A stretch of DNA of 64,000 nucleotides from Phyllobates terribilis (Eukaryota), in the NCBI RefSeq assembly GCF_046119375.1, contig NW_027362762.1:864962001-865026000 (forward strand). Reading direction: 5' to 3'. Under the pieces are notes generated by a model. It ran no database searches and was not told the DNA's origin. It saw only the letters and a program-made list of their open reading frames with translations. The position numbers and the translations under genes are program-made. Each line of letters opens with the position of its first letter. Within the stretch, counting starts at the first letter, position 1. Shown in pieces: positions 41,151-53,499 of the stretch.

Positions 41151-41389
41151 TGAAAGTAGAATGTGTTAAACCTGCCTTAGAGAAGAACGCAGCTGAATCC
41201 CACAGACAGCTCACTGATATCATTAGGAACTGTTTGAAGAAGACCTGTTTTAGTGAACAATCCAGTTCCCAGTGTCCAGACTCTCAACAATTTGTGGATA
41301 GGTGATAATTGTCTTTCATTTGATAACCCCTTTAATTGCCAATTGTAAGTCTCAATTTACATATCTATAATCATTAATGTGTTTTCCAG

Positions 41390-41455
41390 GCTGGAAAGTT
41401 CAATATTATACCAACGGTTATTAATATAGGCTCAGGCTTGGCGCTTATGGGTGTG
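41390..41455 (+). CDS. P2RX5: P2X5 exon 10-equivalent (66 nt; pre-TM2 and TM2): [22 protein letters not shown]
   Basis: TTTTCCAG acceptor and GTAAG donor; motif AGKFxIIPTxINxGSG; phase 0 to phase 0. Confidence 0.97.
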
Positions 41456-42011
41456 GTAAGTAGGAAATTATAGAATTCTCATACCTAGAAATTCACATAA
41501 ACCTATGCATTAATCATAGATGCAGCAATGTTAACTTGACACTTAGCATTTTACAAACAATGGAGCAGCAGTCCTTAATGGGGTTTTCCCACGAACAAAG
41601 TACATTTTAATCAATAGATCTTGGAATAATAATAAGTTCCATAATTTGATATTTAAAAAAAAATGTTCCTGTGCTAAAATCTGATAAATGTGCCCCTGCA
41701 ATGTACTTACTGTGTCCGACTATGCACAGTTGCTACAGTTCATAGTCAGCACATAACACATCTACTGGGCAGGGAAGGAAGCATAAGAGAACATACAGAT
41801 GAACCAGCAGGGGTTTGCAGCTACTTATTTATGTGAGGAAAACCAATTTCCTTGCTTGTTTTATCACAGGAGTGGGTGTTTTTGTCTTGTCATTAGTCTT
41901 CTTAGTTCATCATAATTCAAGTCAGTGAAATGTAAGCTAAGTAGCCGCCAGAACTCCTATGTTACTGACTTGATTTATAATTAACTCAGATGACTAGAGC
42001 CATGGTGGAAA

Positions 42012-45000
42012 TGTGGCGCCCCTGCGGGTTCAGTCGCCACAGAGGTACTGCATCTCACCTAGAGGTGTGGTATCCCACTCTCAGGTAAGGAAGGAGTACT
42101 GCCCGGGACCCACCCACCTGCATCCAACACTACACCCTTCCAGACCAACAGGCGGGGCAAGATGCACTGCCTTATGCTGAGCCCTGTCCCTAGTTGGAAG
42201 TGGGGGGAACCAAGAGAGGGGGAACCATGTAGTGGGTGTGGGTGGAGGAAGCAGTACAGGGGAGCACTTCAGTAGGAGTATAAAAAGGGGAGCCATCTTG
42301 GGATAGAGAGTCCAGTCAGAGATCAGTCTGAGTAGAGAGTGTGGGAGCAGGAGCTCTGTAGGAGCTCTGCTCAGAGAAGGCCCAGGAGGACTGTCTGTAG
42401 AGGAAGGGAGCAGAGGAAGGCTCCAGGAGTGAGGGGATCCCAGGGGCACGGCGAGTGTGGAAGCCACCCGTGCACCCAAATCTGCAGGAACGTGGAGGGA
42501 TCAGGCCGCAAAGGGGACCAGCCCCTAACTAGTGGAGAACTACAAGACTCAGCTAGAAACCGGAGGCTTCTGTACTTTCAGGGTGCAGCTGCTAACAACC
42601 GCAACTAAATCGCCGAAAAGGTAGCCACACAGGATTCAGGGAACTGCAGGTTGCCCGCCAAGATCCGAGGTTACCAGCTTGGGACACTGATCGCGAGGCG
42701 CAGGGCAGGAGGGCGAGAGCCAGCGCAGGAAGACGACCGAGGAAGGCACACAAATTGGGGTCCCGTTAAGTACTCTTGAAACACTTGGGAGTTTGCTGAA
42801 CCTCTGCCTTGGTAAACACAGGACGGCGTGGGAGGTTACCCTGGTCCTGGTAACCTGGAGTGCAACAACTGTGAGTAAATATGAAGACTGCACCCCACTG
42901 TGTACTAGAATTATTATCTGCGCCATCACCTGCGCTACACTGCACAGCAACATCTACCTCATTAACCATCACTTACTGCCCTTGAGCTAAGCTCTGCCTG
43001 TGGAGAGCTGAACCAACTCTGCTGCGTCACCATCAGCTCCAGAGGATCTGCACCGCAACGGCGGCCCCATATAGCCACATACCACAGGTGGTGTCACGAA
43101 CATTATACGTATAAAAACTTTATTCCCTTTTCTATGATTCTATGATTCTATGATTCCCATTATTCTATGATTCTTTAACCACTTCGCGCCAGAGCCTGTT
43201 TTTGCCTTCGTGACCGGGCCAATTTTTTCAATTCTGACCACTGTCACTTTATGAGGTAATTACTCTGGAACGCTTCAACGTATTCCCCTGATTCTGAGAA
43301 TGTTTTTTCATGACATATTGTACTTCATGATAGTGGTAAAATTTCTTCGATATAACTTGCGTTTAATTGTGAAAAAATCGGAAATTTGGCGAAAATTTTG
43401 AAAATTTTGCAATTTTCAAACTTTGAATTTTCATGCCCTTAAATCAGAGAGATATGTCACACAAAATAGTTAATAAATAACATTTCCCACATGTCTACTT
43501 TACATCAGCACAATTTTGGAACCAAAATTTTTTTTTGTTAGGGAGCTATAAGGGTTAAAAGTTGACCAGCGATTTCTCATTTTTCCAACAAAATTTACAA
43601 AAACATTTTTTTAGGGACCACATCATATTTGAAGTCACTTTGAGGGGTCTTTATGACAGAAAATACCCAAAAGTGACACCATTCTAAAAACTGCACCCCT
43701 CAAGGTGCTCAAAACCACATTCAAGAACTTTATCAACCCTTCAGGTGCTTCACAGGAATTTTTGGAATGTGGAAGAAAAAAATTAACATTTAACTTTTTT
43801 CACAAAAATGTTACTTTAGACCCAATTTTTTTTATTTTCACAGGGGTAACAGGAAAAAATGGACCACAAATTTTTTTGTGCAATTTCTCTTGAGCGTGCT
43901 GATACCCCATATGTGAGGGAAAACCACTGTTTGGGCGCACTGCAGGGTTCGGAAGGGAAGGAGCGCCATTAGACTTTTTAAATGTAAAATTAGTCTGAAT
44001 AATTAGCAGACGCCATGTTGCGTTTGGAGAGCTCCTGATGTGCCTAAGCAGTGGAAACCCCCCACAAGTGACACCATTTTGGAAACTAGACCCCTTAGGG
44101 AACTTATCTAGATGTGTGGTGAGCACCTTGAACCCCAAGGTGCTTCACAGAAGTTTATAATATTGAGCCGTAAAAATAAAATTTTCACATTTTTCCCACA
44201 AAAAATGTTTTTCATTCCCTAATTTTGTATTATCATAAGGGTAACAGGATAAATTGCACCATGAAATTTGTTGTGAAATTTCTCCTGAACACGCCGATAC
44301 CCCATATGTGGAGGCAAATTACTGTTTGGGCACATGGCAGGGTTTGAAAGGGAAGGAGCGCCATTTGACTTTTTGAATGTAAAATTTGTTTGAATAATTA
44401 GCGGACGCCATGTCACATTTGGGGAGCCCCTAATGTGCCTAAACAGTGGAAACCCCCCACAAGTGCCACCATTTTGGAAAGTAGACCCCTTAGGAAACTT
44501 ATCTAGATGTGTGGTGAGCACCTTGCACCCCCAGCTGCTTCACAGAAGTTTATAATATTGAGCCGTAAAAATAAAATTTTCACATTTTTCCCACAAAAAA
44601 TGTTTTTCATTCCCTAATTTTGCATTATCATAAGGGTAATGGGAGAAATTGCACCATGAAATTTGTTGTACAATTTCTCCTGAGTACGCCGATACCCCAT
44701 ATGTGGGGGAAAACCACTGCTTTGGTGTACGGCAGGGTTCGGAAGAGAAAGGAGCGCTATGTTGGCTGGGATAGGTTGCAGACACCATGTCACATTTGAA
44801 GAGTCGCTGACATGCCAAAACAGCAGAAACCCCCACAAGTGACCCCATTTTGTAAACTACACCTCTCAAGGAATTCATCTAGGGAAGTAGTGAGTATTTT
44901 TTAATTTTTAAATTTAGACCATTGGGCAGTGAAAAAAGCATAATTATATTTTTACCACAAAAAAATGTTTTACCCTCAGATTTTACATTTTCACACAGGG

Positions 45001-47357
45001 CAATGGGTAAAAATGGTGCCGAAATGTGTCACACAATTTCTTCTAAAAGTGTCAATACCCCATATGTGGCTGTATCGTACCGCTTAGCCATACGGTGAGA
45101 TCTGGGGGGGACGGAGCGCTATTTGACAATTGGAGAACAAATTATTGTAGAATAGGCATTTGGATTTGGGAGCACAAAATTTTCTGAATTTCTTTTGGGG
45201 GGCAAGGGCCATTTTGCTTTTCCAGAGCCTTTCTGCTACCAGTAACTTGGAAGTCCCTTATATTTTTAACAGATGACGGACCTGAGTGGGAACTAGCTTT
45301 TTTTGAGGACTGAGTTGAAGCTTTTATTGGGAACATTTTACGTAACATTTATCCGGCGCTCTAGGCTGAGCACTTACATCGGGGTTTCCATCTAAATTTC
45401 CAAGTGATGTAATTCACATGAAACCCCTGCGGGATCCATTCACTGTAATGAGGCAGCAGAGTTACTCTGGACTCCGTCTGGCCTCTGTTTAGCGGTGTCC
45501 TTTTTTTCAGAAGTGCACAAAACTGTGGTCAACCGCACTTTTATGCACGCCTAAAACAAATGACACCGTGGGATCCCAGGCTAGACGGCGTCCAAAGTGG
45601 CCTATATCTGTCTCATTACAGGGAATCTTCCGTCATGGGTTCCAGCTGAATCATGTATTTCAGAGATTTACACGGAAACTCTGGTGTAAGTGCTCAGCGC
45701 AGAGCGCAGGATAAATGTGGGCAGAGCCTTACTGGGATCTTTGGGGACATAATAAACAAATCAGTACCAGGTGAAGAATTGGTTTTATTTATTTTTTTAC
45801 GCCGTTCCTCGTGTGATATAACTGATTAGATTACTTTATTCTTCGGGTCGGTGCGATTACAGAGATACCAGATTTATATCGGGTTTTTATGACTGACAGC
45901 TGTCACACACTAAAAGACTTTTTTTTGCAAAATCTAGTTTTTGCATCACCATATTTTGAGAGCTATAATTTTTCCATATTTCGGCCGACAGAGTCATGTG
46001 ACGGCTTGTTTTTTGCGGGACGAGTTGACATTTTTATTGGTATCATTTTTGGGTACGTGACATTTTTTGATCGCTTTCTATTCCGTTTTTTGGGAGGTAA
46101 AATTAACAAAAACAAACAATTCTGGAATTGTTTTTTGAGGGTTATTTTTATGCCGTTCTGCGTGTGGTAAAAGTGATCAGGCAGCATTATTCTTCGGGTC
46201 AGTACGTTTACAGCGATACTACACTTACTGTATTTTTTTTTTTATGTTTTGGCGCTTTTACACAATAAAACAATTTTATAGAAAAAAATATTTTTTTTGC
46301 ATTGCTTTATTCTGAGCGCTATAACTTTTTTATTTTTCGGCTGATGGAGCTGTATGGCAGCTTTTCTTTTGCGTAACAAGGTGACGTTTTCAGTGGTACC
46401 ATTTTTATTTCTATTTTGTTTTTTGATCGCATTTTTTTCCACTTTTTGTTTGGCGATATGATGAAAAAGCATATTTTTTTGCTCCGTTTTTTATTTATTT
46501 TTATTATGGTGTGCACAGAAGGAGTTAATTAGTGTGACAGTTTTATAGCTCGGGTTGTTTCGGACGCGGCGATACCAAATATGTGTACTTTTTTTGGTTT
46601 TGTAAAAATATACGGATTTATTGGTTTAATATTTTATTTATTTATTTTTATTTATTTTGTGATTTTTTTTTTAATAGTTTAAAAACTTTTTTTTTACTTT
46701 TTTTTACATTTTTTCTTAGTCCATGTATGGGACATTAATTTTTATTTTTCTGATCACTGATCTCATGTAATCTAATAGACATGTATTACATTACATTACA
46801 TGAGATCTTCCCTGACTGTTTCAGTCAGAGTCTCCTGTCTGGCTACAGCTGCAGCTGAGCCAGACAGGACACCATATATGGCAGAGCTGGAGGCGGTCAT
46901 GTGATCTCCAGCTGCCATAGCAACCCCAGGTCCTGGAAGGACTCAGAGGTCTTCGGAGAGGTAAGTTGACGACCCCCTCTCCTACTGCTGTCTCCTATAT
47001 GCCGCGATCACTATAGATCGCAGCATATAGAAGACAGGTAAGGGTTAACATCACTGGGACCTGATCTAATCAGGTCCTGATGATGTTCCCTGTCAGAGCT
47101 AACGCTCTGCACCGGAATCGCAGCGCTTGCAGGACCCTGGGGGTCCTGAGCGCTGCGAGACCACCCACCGTTTTTAAACGTCGGCGCTGCACAGAGCCCA
47201 GCAAGCGCCGACGTTTATCTACAGTGGGCGATCGGGAACCGGTTAATCCCCCTTTTATTGACCGCCCTGGGTCACGGAGTGGGTCACTGCCACTGTGACA
47301 TCCCCCAGCAACGACCGGCCCGGCTACAGAGTACCCCACGGCCCAGGGGGTGCATCA
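42012..47357. mobile_element. Solo LTR split by nested insertions (LTR parts ~42012-43130 and 47247-47357), TSD GAAA
   Basis: TGTGGCGCCCC...GGGGTGCATCA termini; GAAA at 42008-42011 and 47358-47361. Confidence 0.8.
43179..47242. mobile_element. ~4.06-kb non-autonomous TTAA (piggyBac-like) element with ~395-bp internal tandem repeats
   Basis: TTAA at 43175-43178 and 47243-47246; CC...GG termini with only weak TIR identity; AAGTG(A/C)C(A/C)CCATT marker at ~43671, 44066, 44461 and 44837; no transposase. Confidence 0.72.
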
Positions 47358-48424
47358 GAAACACTCACTCCTGTGATAAAACAGGCAGGGAAATGTGTTA
47401 CCTCACAGAAAGCAATAGCTGCAAGCCCCATCAAAATCACCATGAATTCTACTATTTGTTGTCCAGGGATATAGGTCCGTGTGGACATGATAGCTTTTCG
47501 CAGATTCCACAAATTAGATGGAGCTTCTGACATGGTATGAACAGCCTATTCTATCTTCGGTCTCACAGATTATATATAGGAATAATATCTGTTGACGGTG
47601 AGGCCTGGAAATTAAGGAAATCTTTCTGTCATGTTCCTGGTACCAATACATGACTATACGACCTTTAATGATATCATGATGCATTGTCTTGCTGAAAGTG
47701 TCCTTCTGCCATAGGGTAAATATCCACCAGGAAGAGATGAACTTGGTTCTCCAAAGGTCCATCTACAGTATCAGAGGACTCAGTTGTGCCAATAAAACAT
47801 TTCCTGCACCAGTAGGCCACCTCCACCAGCCTGAACTGTGCACACCTGACATGAAGGGTTCTTCAGTCCATGCTGCCTGTGCCAAATTCTGCTCCCCCCA
47901 CCACCACCAACATGGTGCTATACAAATCTGGATTCATCTGAATCATCTGCTTTTTTATTTCTCTTAGATAGCAACGAAACTGGAACTGGTCATCTGCTGT
48001 TATACCGTAAACACTATCCCATCTGACAAAGATCTCAAATAATAATACAACAATTATACACAATATTGCAATGAAGTTCATAACAAATTTTTCCTAATTA
48101 AACTTCCCCTCTGTCCAAAAACCTTTTCTCCTTTCTGGATAAAATATAGAGGGGAGAGAGAGGAAAAAAATATTAATTCTGAATAATAATCCCCATCAGA
48201 AGGAGCTTACTGACAGATTCTCGGATAACTCATTTTGCACCTAGCAATGGTCATTGAGACACACAGAGGCTATGAAAGACCAACAAGACTAAATTATAAA
48301 TTAAACTCAATGACAAAAATGACTTTCAGCATAAAATATGTACATTTAAGTAAGACAATTGTCCCCAAAGGTGTTCGTATCATTGATATGTAGAATAATA
48401 ATGTTTCTCTTTATTGTCATTTAG

Positions 48425-48507
48425 GGAGCCTTCTTCTGTGACTTGGTCTTGCTGTATTTGATCAAAAAGAGTAACTTTTACAGAGACAAAAAATTTGAAG
48501 AAGTAAA
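48425..48507 (+). CDS. P2RX5: P2X5 exon 11-equivalent (83 nt): GAFFCDLVLLYLIKKSNFYRDKKFEEVK
   Basis: TTTAG acceptor and GTAAGT donor; TM2 Asp (FFCDL) and YxxxK motif (YRDKK). The GAFFCDLV..Y..KK..FYRDKK.EEV pattern is P2X5-typical. Confidence 0.96.
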
Positions 48508-49072
48508 GTAAGTGTCATTAATTAAGTCAAGAATTGTTTCTTTAACACTTTAAAGTGGACCTGCCATCAGATCAAAAGTGTTCAGTTTGTGCTTCCATTG
48601 TGCTTATGGTCTTTACAAGAGGGCGTGGCTCACAGGGTAATTATGCAGAGCAGCTTAAAGACACGCCCACAGATAATCCTGTGAGACACGTCCCCTTTCT
48701 AAAACCCATTAAAATTAGCACTAGATAAAAGAGCCCAGTTCTCTGGAACTGTAAGGTAATTTTAAAAAAAGAAAAAAGAGGAATATTCAGGGGAGCAGCG
48801 GGAATAAGTTATAGGAACAAACATGCCATTTTTGACCATGTGACAAATCCCCTTTAAGGGTGTGTACTGAGGAGACAGTTATTGCATTTCAATATCCAGA
48901 TGGTGATTCACATTGATGGGATATGGCTTTAATGTGTTATACGTGAGGGTCTGAATCCATTGGTTACACTATAAATGTCTAATGTGCACCTATAAGGAAA
49001 ACAAAGGAGAGGGGCACATCACCCATAATTACTTGTTGAAGCAAGCCAGTCACAGCCAATTGGTGACAAACC

Positions 49073-49658
49073 ATGCTCAGTGTGGCTGGACGGCCAGGTC
49101 TAGGAAGACTTCTGGTGGTCCCAAACTTCTTCCATTTAAGGATTATAGAGGCCACTGTGCTCTTAGGAACCTTGAGTAATGCAGAAATTCTTTTGTAACC
49201 TTGGTCAGATCTGTGCCTTGCCACAATTCTGTCTCTGAGCTCCTTGGGCAGTTCCTTTGAGCTCATGATTCTCACTTGGTCTGACATGAACTGTGAGCTC
49301 TTATATAGACAGGTGTGTGCCTTTCCAAATCAAGTCCTATCCGTTTAATTAAACACAGCTGGACTCCAATGAAGGAGTAGAACCATCTCAAGGAGGATCA
49401 CAAGGAAATGGACAGCATGTGACTTAAATATGAGTGCCTGAGCAAAGGATCTGAATACTTATGACCATGTGATATTTCAGTTTTTCTTTTTTAATAAATT
49501 TGCAAAAATTTCTACATTTCTGTTTCTTTTCAGTCAAGATGGAGTGCAGAGTGTACATTAATGAGAAAAAAAATGAACTTTTTAGAATTTACCAAATGGC
49601 TGCAATGAAACAAAGAGTGAAAAATTTAAAGGGGTCTGAATACTTTCCGTACCCACTG
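49073..49658 (-). mobile_element. Left-arm fragment of the same Tc1 family as 25632-27247, in opposite orientation
   Basis: Ends TACTTTCCGTACCCACTG|TA; the minus strand encodes MSSKELPKELRDRIVARHRSDQGYKRISALLKVPKSTVASIILKWKKFGTTRSLPRPGRPATLS. Confidence 0.92.
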
Positions 49659-50046
49659 TAAAACGTCCATTCGAATGTTCTACGTTCTTTCAAGGGAGTG
49701 TCCATGTGTCCTGTAATACAGAAGTTGTTCTTCTCCGGTCTCCTCCCCTCACCCCATTCCTCCCCAAAACAGTGTATAGCATATGGTATTTTAAACACGG
49801 ATACTTATCTGGTGTCGTTCATACAAGTTTTATGTTGGTTTTAACCTAAATTAGGATAATCTTATACCCCCCTTGCAGTACTTTTTTAAAAGCTGTTATA
49901 TGTTGGGTTGCCATGTATGCAAATGTCCCACTGTTCTAAAAGTTTTTTATTGGAATGTTTTTAAACATTTTTGGAGTTTGCAAACTGTTTGCAATTATTG
50001 ACTAGAGAGATTTATAATAAATAAGGATTACTGCTTATATCTGCAG

Positions 50047-50143
50047 GTCCTGCAAGAAAACCTTGCCAGTCAATGGTCAGAAGAAATCAAAAAGCCATGA
50101 TGCCATAGACCAAATGAAACAATTACAGAGTGTGGAGACCTAA
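50047..50143 (+). CDS. P2RX5: P2X5 terminal coding exon: SCKKTLPVNGQKKSKSHDAIDQMKQLQSVET*
   Basis: CTGCAG acceptor, phase matches exon 11, TAA at 50141-50143, non-repeat 3' UTR and AATAAA at 50639. The C-tail is poorly conserved, so confidence is lower. Confidence 0.75.
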
Positions 50144-50638
50144 CTTCTGACCCAAGAGACAAACTTCTCAGTAAGAGAGAAGCGCCTGTCAAGGAGATTT
50201 GTATGGCTGGACATACTGGTCTACTGGTGCGGCACATCCATGAACCTTTGTTTTCCCAACTCCTGCTTCTAATAGCCATCATGCTGCTGTGAGCCGGATA
50301 TATGAAGATTTGCCGCAGCATGAACTCTTCATTGGGTTGTTGCATTACTGTTTATCCAAGGCAACCATTTTGCTGCACCCTTTACGCCCTGTGACATTGT
50401 GAATCATCTTGTATTTTTCTGCTGGTCTTCTCTGCTCTGGAGAACATGCACTTTAGAGACTCATCAAAAAGAGCAACGAGCTCCATTCACTGCTTTGCAG
50501 GTAGAAGACAGTGTTGTTTTCTTGACATCTTGAAAACTCGATCGATGTGGTGTTTTTATACTTATTGATTAGTGATCATCTCGGAGCATGCATTTGATCT
50601 TACATTGCGCAGCTATTATGCAGCTCTGTAATGTGTTC

Positions 50639-50644
50639 AATAAA
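50639..50644 (+). terminator. Candidate P2RX5 polyadenylation signal AATAAA
   Basis: First canonical hexamer ~500 nt after the stop, immediately before repeats resume. Confidence 0.55.
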
Positions 50645-50689
50645 TGAGAAATCTGTACTTTTAAAGAGAAAAAGTTATCTTATTACAAG

Positions 50690-51215
50690 ATGCAAACTGT
50701 CTCTTCAGAGAGGAAGAGGACTGGAACTCCAGCGCCATCTATTAGAAGCAGTGATCCTAAAAGTCAATATCGACCCTTTGACAAGCCTTGCCACATGACT
50801 TTGGATAAAAGCCAAACCAGAATCTCAATTTGCAGACACGTATTTTGGGGTGTTGACTCTCCTCAGTGAAAACCATGAGATTTGACTGTATGAGAGGCAT
50901 CTGGCTGGGATCTAACAGGTAACGTTTCTCCTTGTGGAGAATGACATGCCTGGCATGTCAGTGTAAGGAGGGTTATAAGCCATGCAATGCTCCTCTGGGA
51001 AATTAAATATGCAAATTGCCTCTTCAGAGAGAAAGAGGACTTGAACTTTAGCGCCACCTATTGTAAGTTGCATTACTAAAAGTCAAAATCCTTTACCAAG
51101 CCAGAATCTGAATTTTCATGGTGTTTCGGGGTGTTCCCCCTTGTCAGAGAAGCATGACATGGCTTACACTGGCCTGCCAGGCATATCACTCTCCACAAGG
51201 AGAAACGTTAACCCT
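50690..51215 (-). mobile_element. Penelope-like/retrozyme-like tandem dimer with two degenerate minimal hammerhead ribozyme motifs
   Basis: Direct repeat TGCAAA..CTCTTCAGAGAG..AGCGCCA.CTATT at 50691 and 51010; inverted segments 50921-50997 and 51145-51210; minus-strand CUGA-N-GA...GAAA-type cores at ~50832-50869 and ~51117-51147. Confidence 0.72.
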
Positions 51216-53499
51216 TCTTAATACAAGAGATACTGAGTGTGTGCTGTGCATGAAAAAAGGTCAGAAGGCAAACATATGGGTTGGTAATGTGGATCCTATA
51301 GGGATCAGTGCTGATTATAGGCTGTACCTGTAGTGTATAACATGGCTGAGTTAGCTATAAGGGAGATCAGCTACACAGAGTATCTTTCCCTCTGGAGAAT
51401 ATATATGAATGTCCTGAACCTCTATTAAAGGGGTTGTCCACTACTTTTATATTGATGGCTTATAACCCTTACATATGAAAAACTGACAAAAGTGCCTAGT
51501 GACCTTCTGCCCATTTATTATAAGCAATGCTCATAGAACACTATCAATTTTTAAAAAGAAATAATGTGGGACTTTCATCAATGAGAAGAATAAGCACTGG
51601 ACTTACATAAGAAACATAGATTGAGGTTTCCAATTTCACACATTACAAACCTGTGTATCTGGAAAAAACAGCACTACAACCAGCACCATGAATGACCATG
51701 TATGTGAGATAATGTAATATAACGTGATGAAATACATGTAATCTGAATTGTATTTGAGACAATTAGCGCAATAAATAATTAAGCCGATAATGTGCAATAA
51801 AATGGCGCGTTCATAACAGAGAAATGGGATAAACTTTTAAAGAGAACAGAATGAGAACGTCTCACACAAGAACCTGAGACAGCAGCTTCAGAGAAGACTA
51901 CAGTAGCGGTAGGTGCACCTTCCTGATATGTCCTCTTCCATTATACCTATATATGGAGAGATTATATAGATTGTGATAGAAGCAGAGAAGCAACTGCAGC
52001 TCCGTTCACGGAAACAGGACGCCATCCGGGAGCGGCGGTGATAGAAGCAGGGTGAGTGACAGCAGCGCCGCCCCCTAATGACGATCCATTTCAGGGCGGT
52101 GACAGAAGCTGTTTGGCAACGCTGCCGTCACTTCTTTCTGCGTCTATCAATGCGATTGAAAAATAAAAAACAGATATAGAGATTACAGTAAATCAAACTA
52201 CAAAAGTGTCTAAGCCATAAAAATATATATTTATGCAGGGCCTTATAGGGATTGGATCACCCCTTTAAAGAGAACCTGTCATCAGGATTTTATACCCCAA
52301 ACTAATGACGTATTTGTAAAGGTGCTTTAATGCTGTGTAAATGCTCGCCTTTCTTGTAGAAATCTGTTTTGTTGCTTTAAAGAAATCAATAGATGAAAGT
52401 GTATGCTAATGAGCTGTAAGTGCAATGGGCGGGGCAGTGCCCTTACAGCTCTCCTGTTTCTCTTCCTGTTCCCCGCCCGCTGCCTTCTGTCTCTGACTAA
52501 TGCTGTTTTCCCCCCAGCACTAGACGCACTGCCAGTTTCTCCTTCAGCCTTTCTCCTTTGTTTCCTTCCAGCTTCTCCCCACTTCCCTCTCCATCAGGAT
52601 TATAGCAGTAGGCGTAATTTCATCCATCAATGCAGAAAGATTTGTAAACATATTTGAGCAATTTTTGAGATTAGAAGATCAGCACAGGAGACATAAAGTG
52701 ATTGTAAGTTGGAAAAAGAGACATTTTTCTGAAATAAAGTATATTACAAAGTTTATTATTTTCATTTGTACTGATGATTTCTCAACAGAAAAAAAAGAAA
52801 AATGTAGTGACTATTGAGAGAGAGATTTTTCCAGCTCAAAAGTTGTCATTGATTTCTATGGGGTTTGGGTTTGGTTCTGGTACCAGAACTGAACTTTGGA
52901 CTACAGTTCAGTCAAACCCAAACTTCCACGGGTCCGCTCATCCCTAGCAATAATATTACTGTGACCCAGAGGTACCTAACTGGAGGACATCATTCTGGAC
53001 AGGAGATCCCTATTGCCCAAGATTTTGCTGTCCAGACCAGAATCGGTGGATAAGAAGCAGGAGGGGTTGAACCTGATGTATGAGGAGCAGTGGTCCAACT
53101 GGTCAGAATGCAGCACACTAGCATCTGTATCCAAACCACCAATCTGCCTGCATCAGGCTAATGTGAGGAGTGTTAGGGTATGTTCCCACTGAAATTTTTT
53201 TTACGCGTTTTGGAGCAGAAACTGAGTGAAAACTCTAAAAATCCTCCTCAAAAAATCAGAACCTCTCAAAAATGTGGAGTTTCCACTCCAATAACTCAGT
53301 AAAAAGAAACATTGAGAAGGAAAAGTTGTGGAGTTATGGAAATCACAGGATCAACAGACATGTTAAAGGGAACCTGTCAGGCGATTCATGCTGCCCAAAG
53401 CGCGGACAGGATGAATCACAGCCTGGTGGCACGGTTACAGCCGGGTATATTATTCTCCGATATTTTTGTAAAACATCTTGATTTATTCAGTATCAAATA

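Noticed and set aside
39765-41305. ORFs in the CpG-rich Helitron interior, and this region as a gene promoter CpG island
   Set aside because: The ORFs are repetitive translations of the 67-bp array with no Rep/helicase motifs; the CpG richness belongs to the TE.
43131-43174. (ATTCTATG)n as a second full CR1
   Set aside because: Only the tail is present, with no recognisable 3' UTR or ORF2; noted only within the nested stack.
50129-50143. C-terminal SVET as a PDZ-binding motif
   Set aside because: The terminal residue is Thr, not hydrophobic, so it does not fit class I or II consensus.
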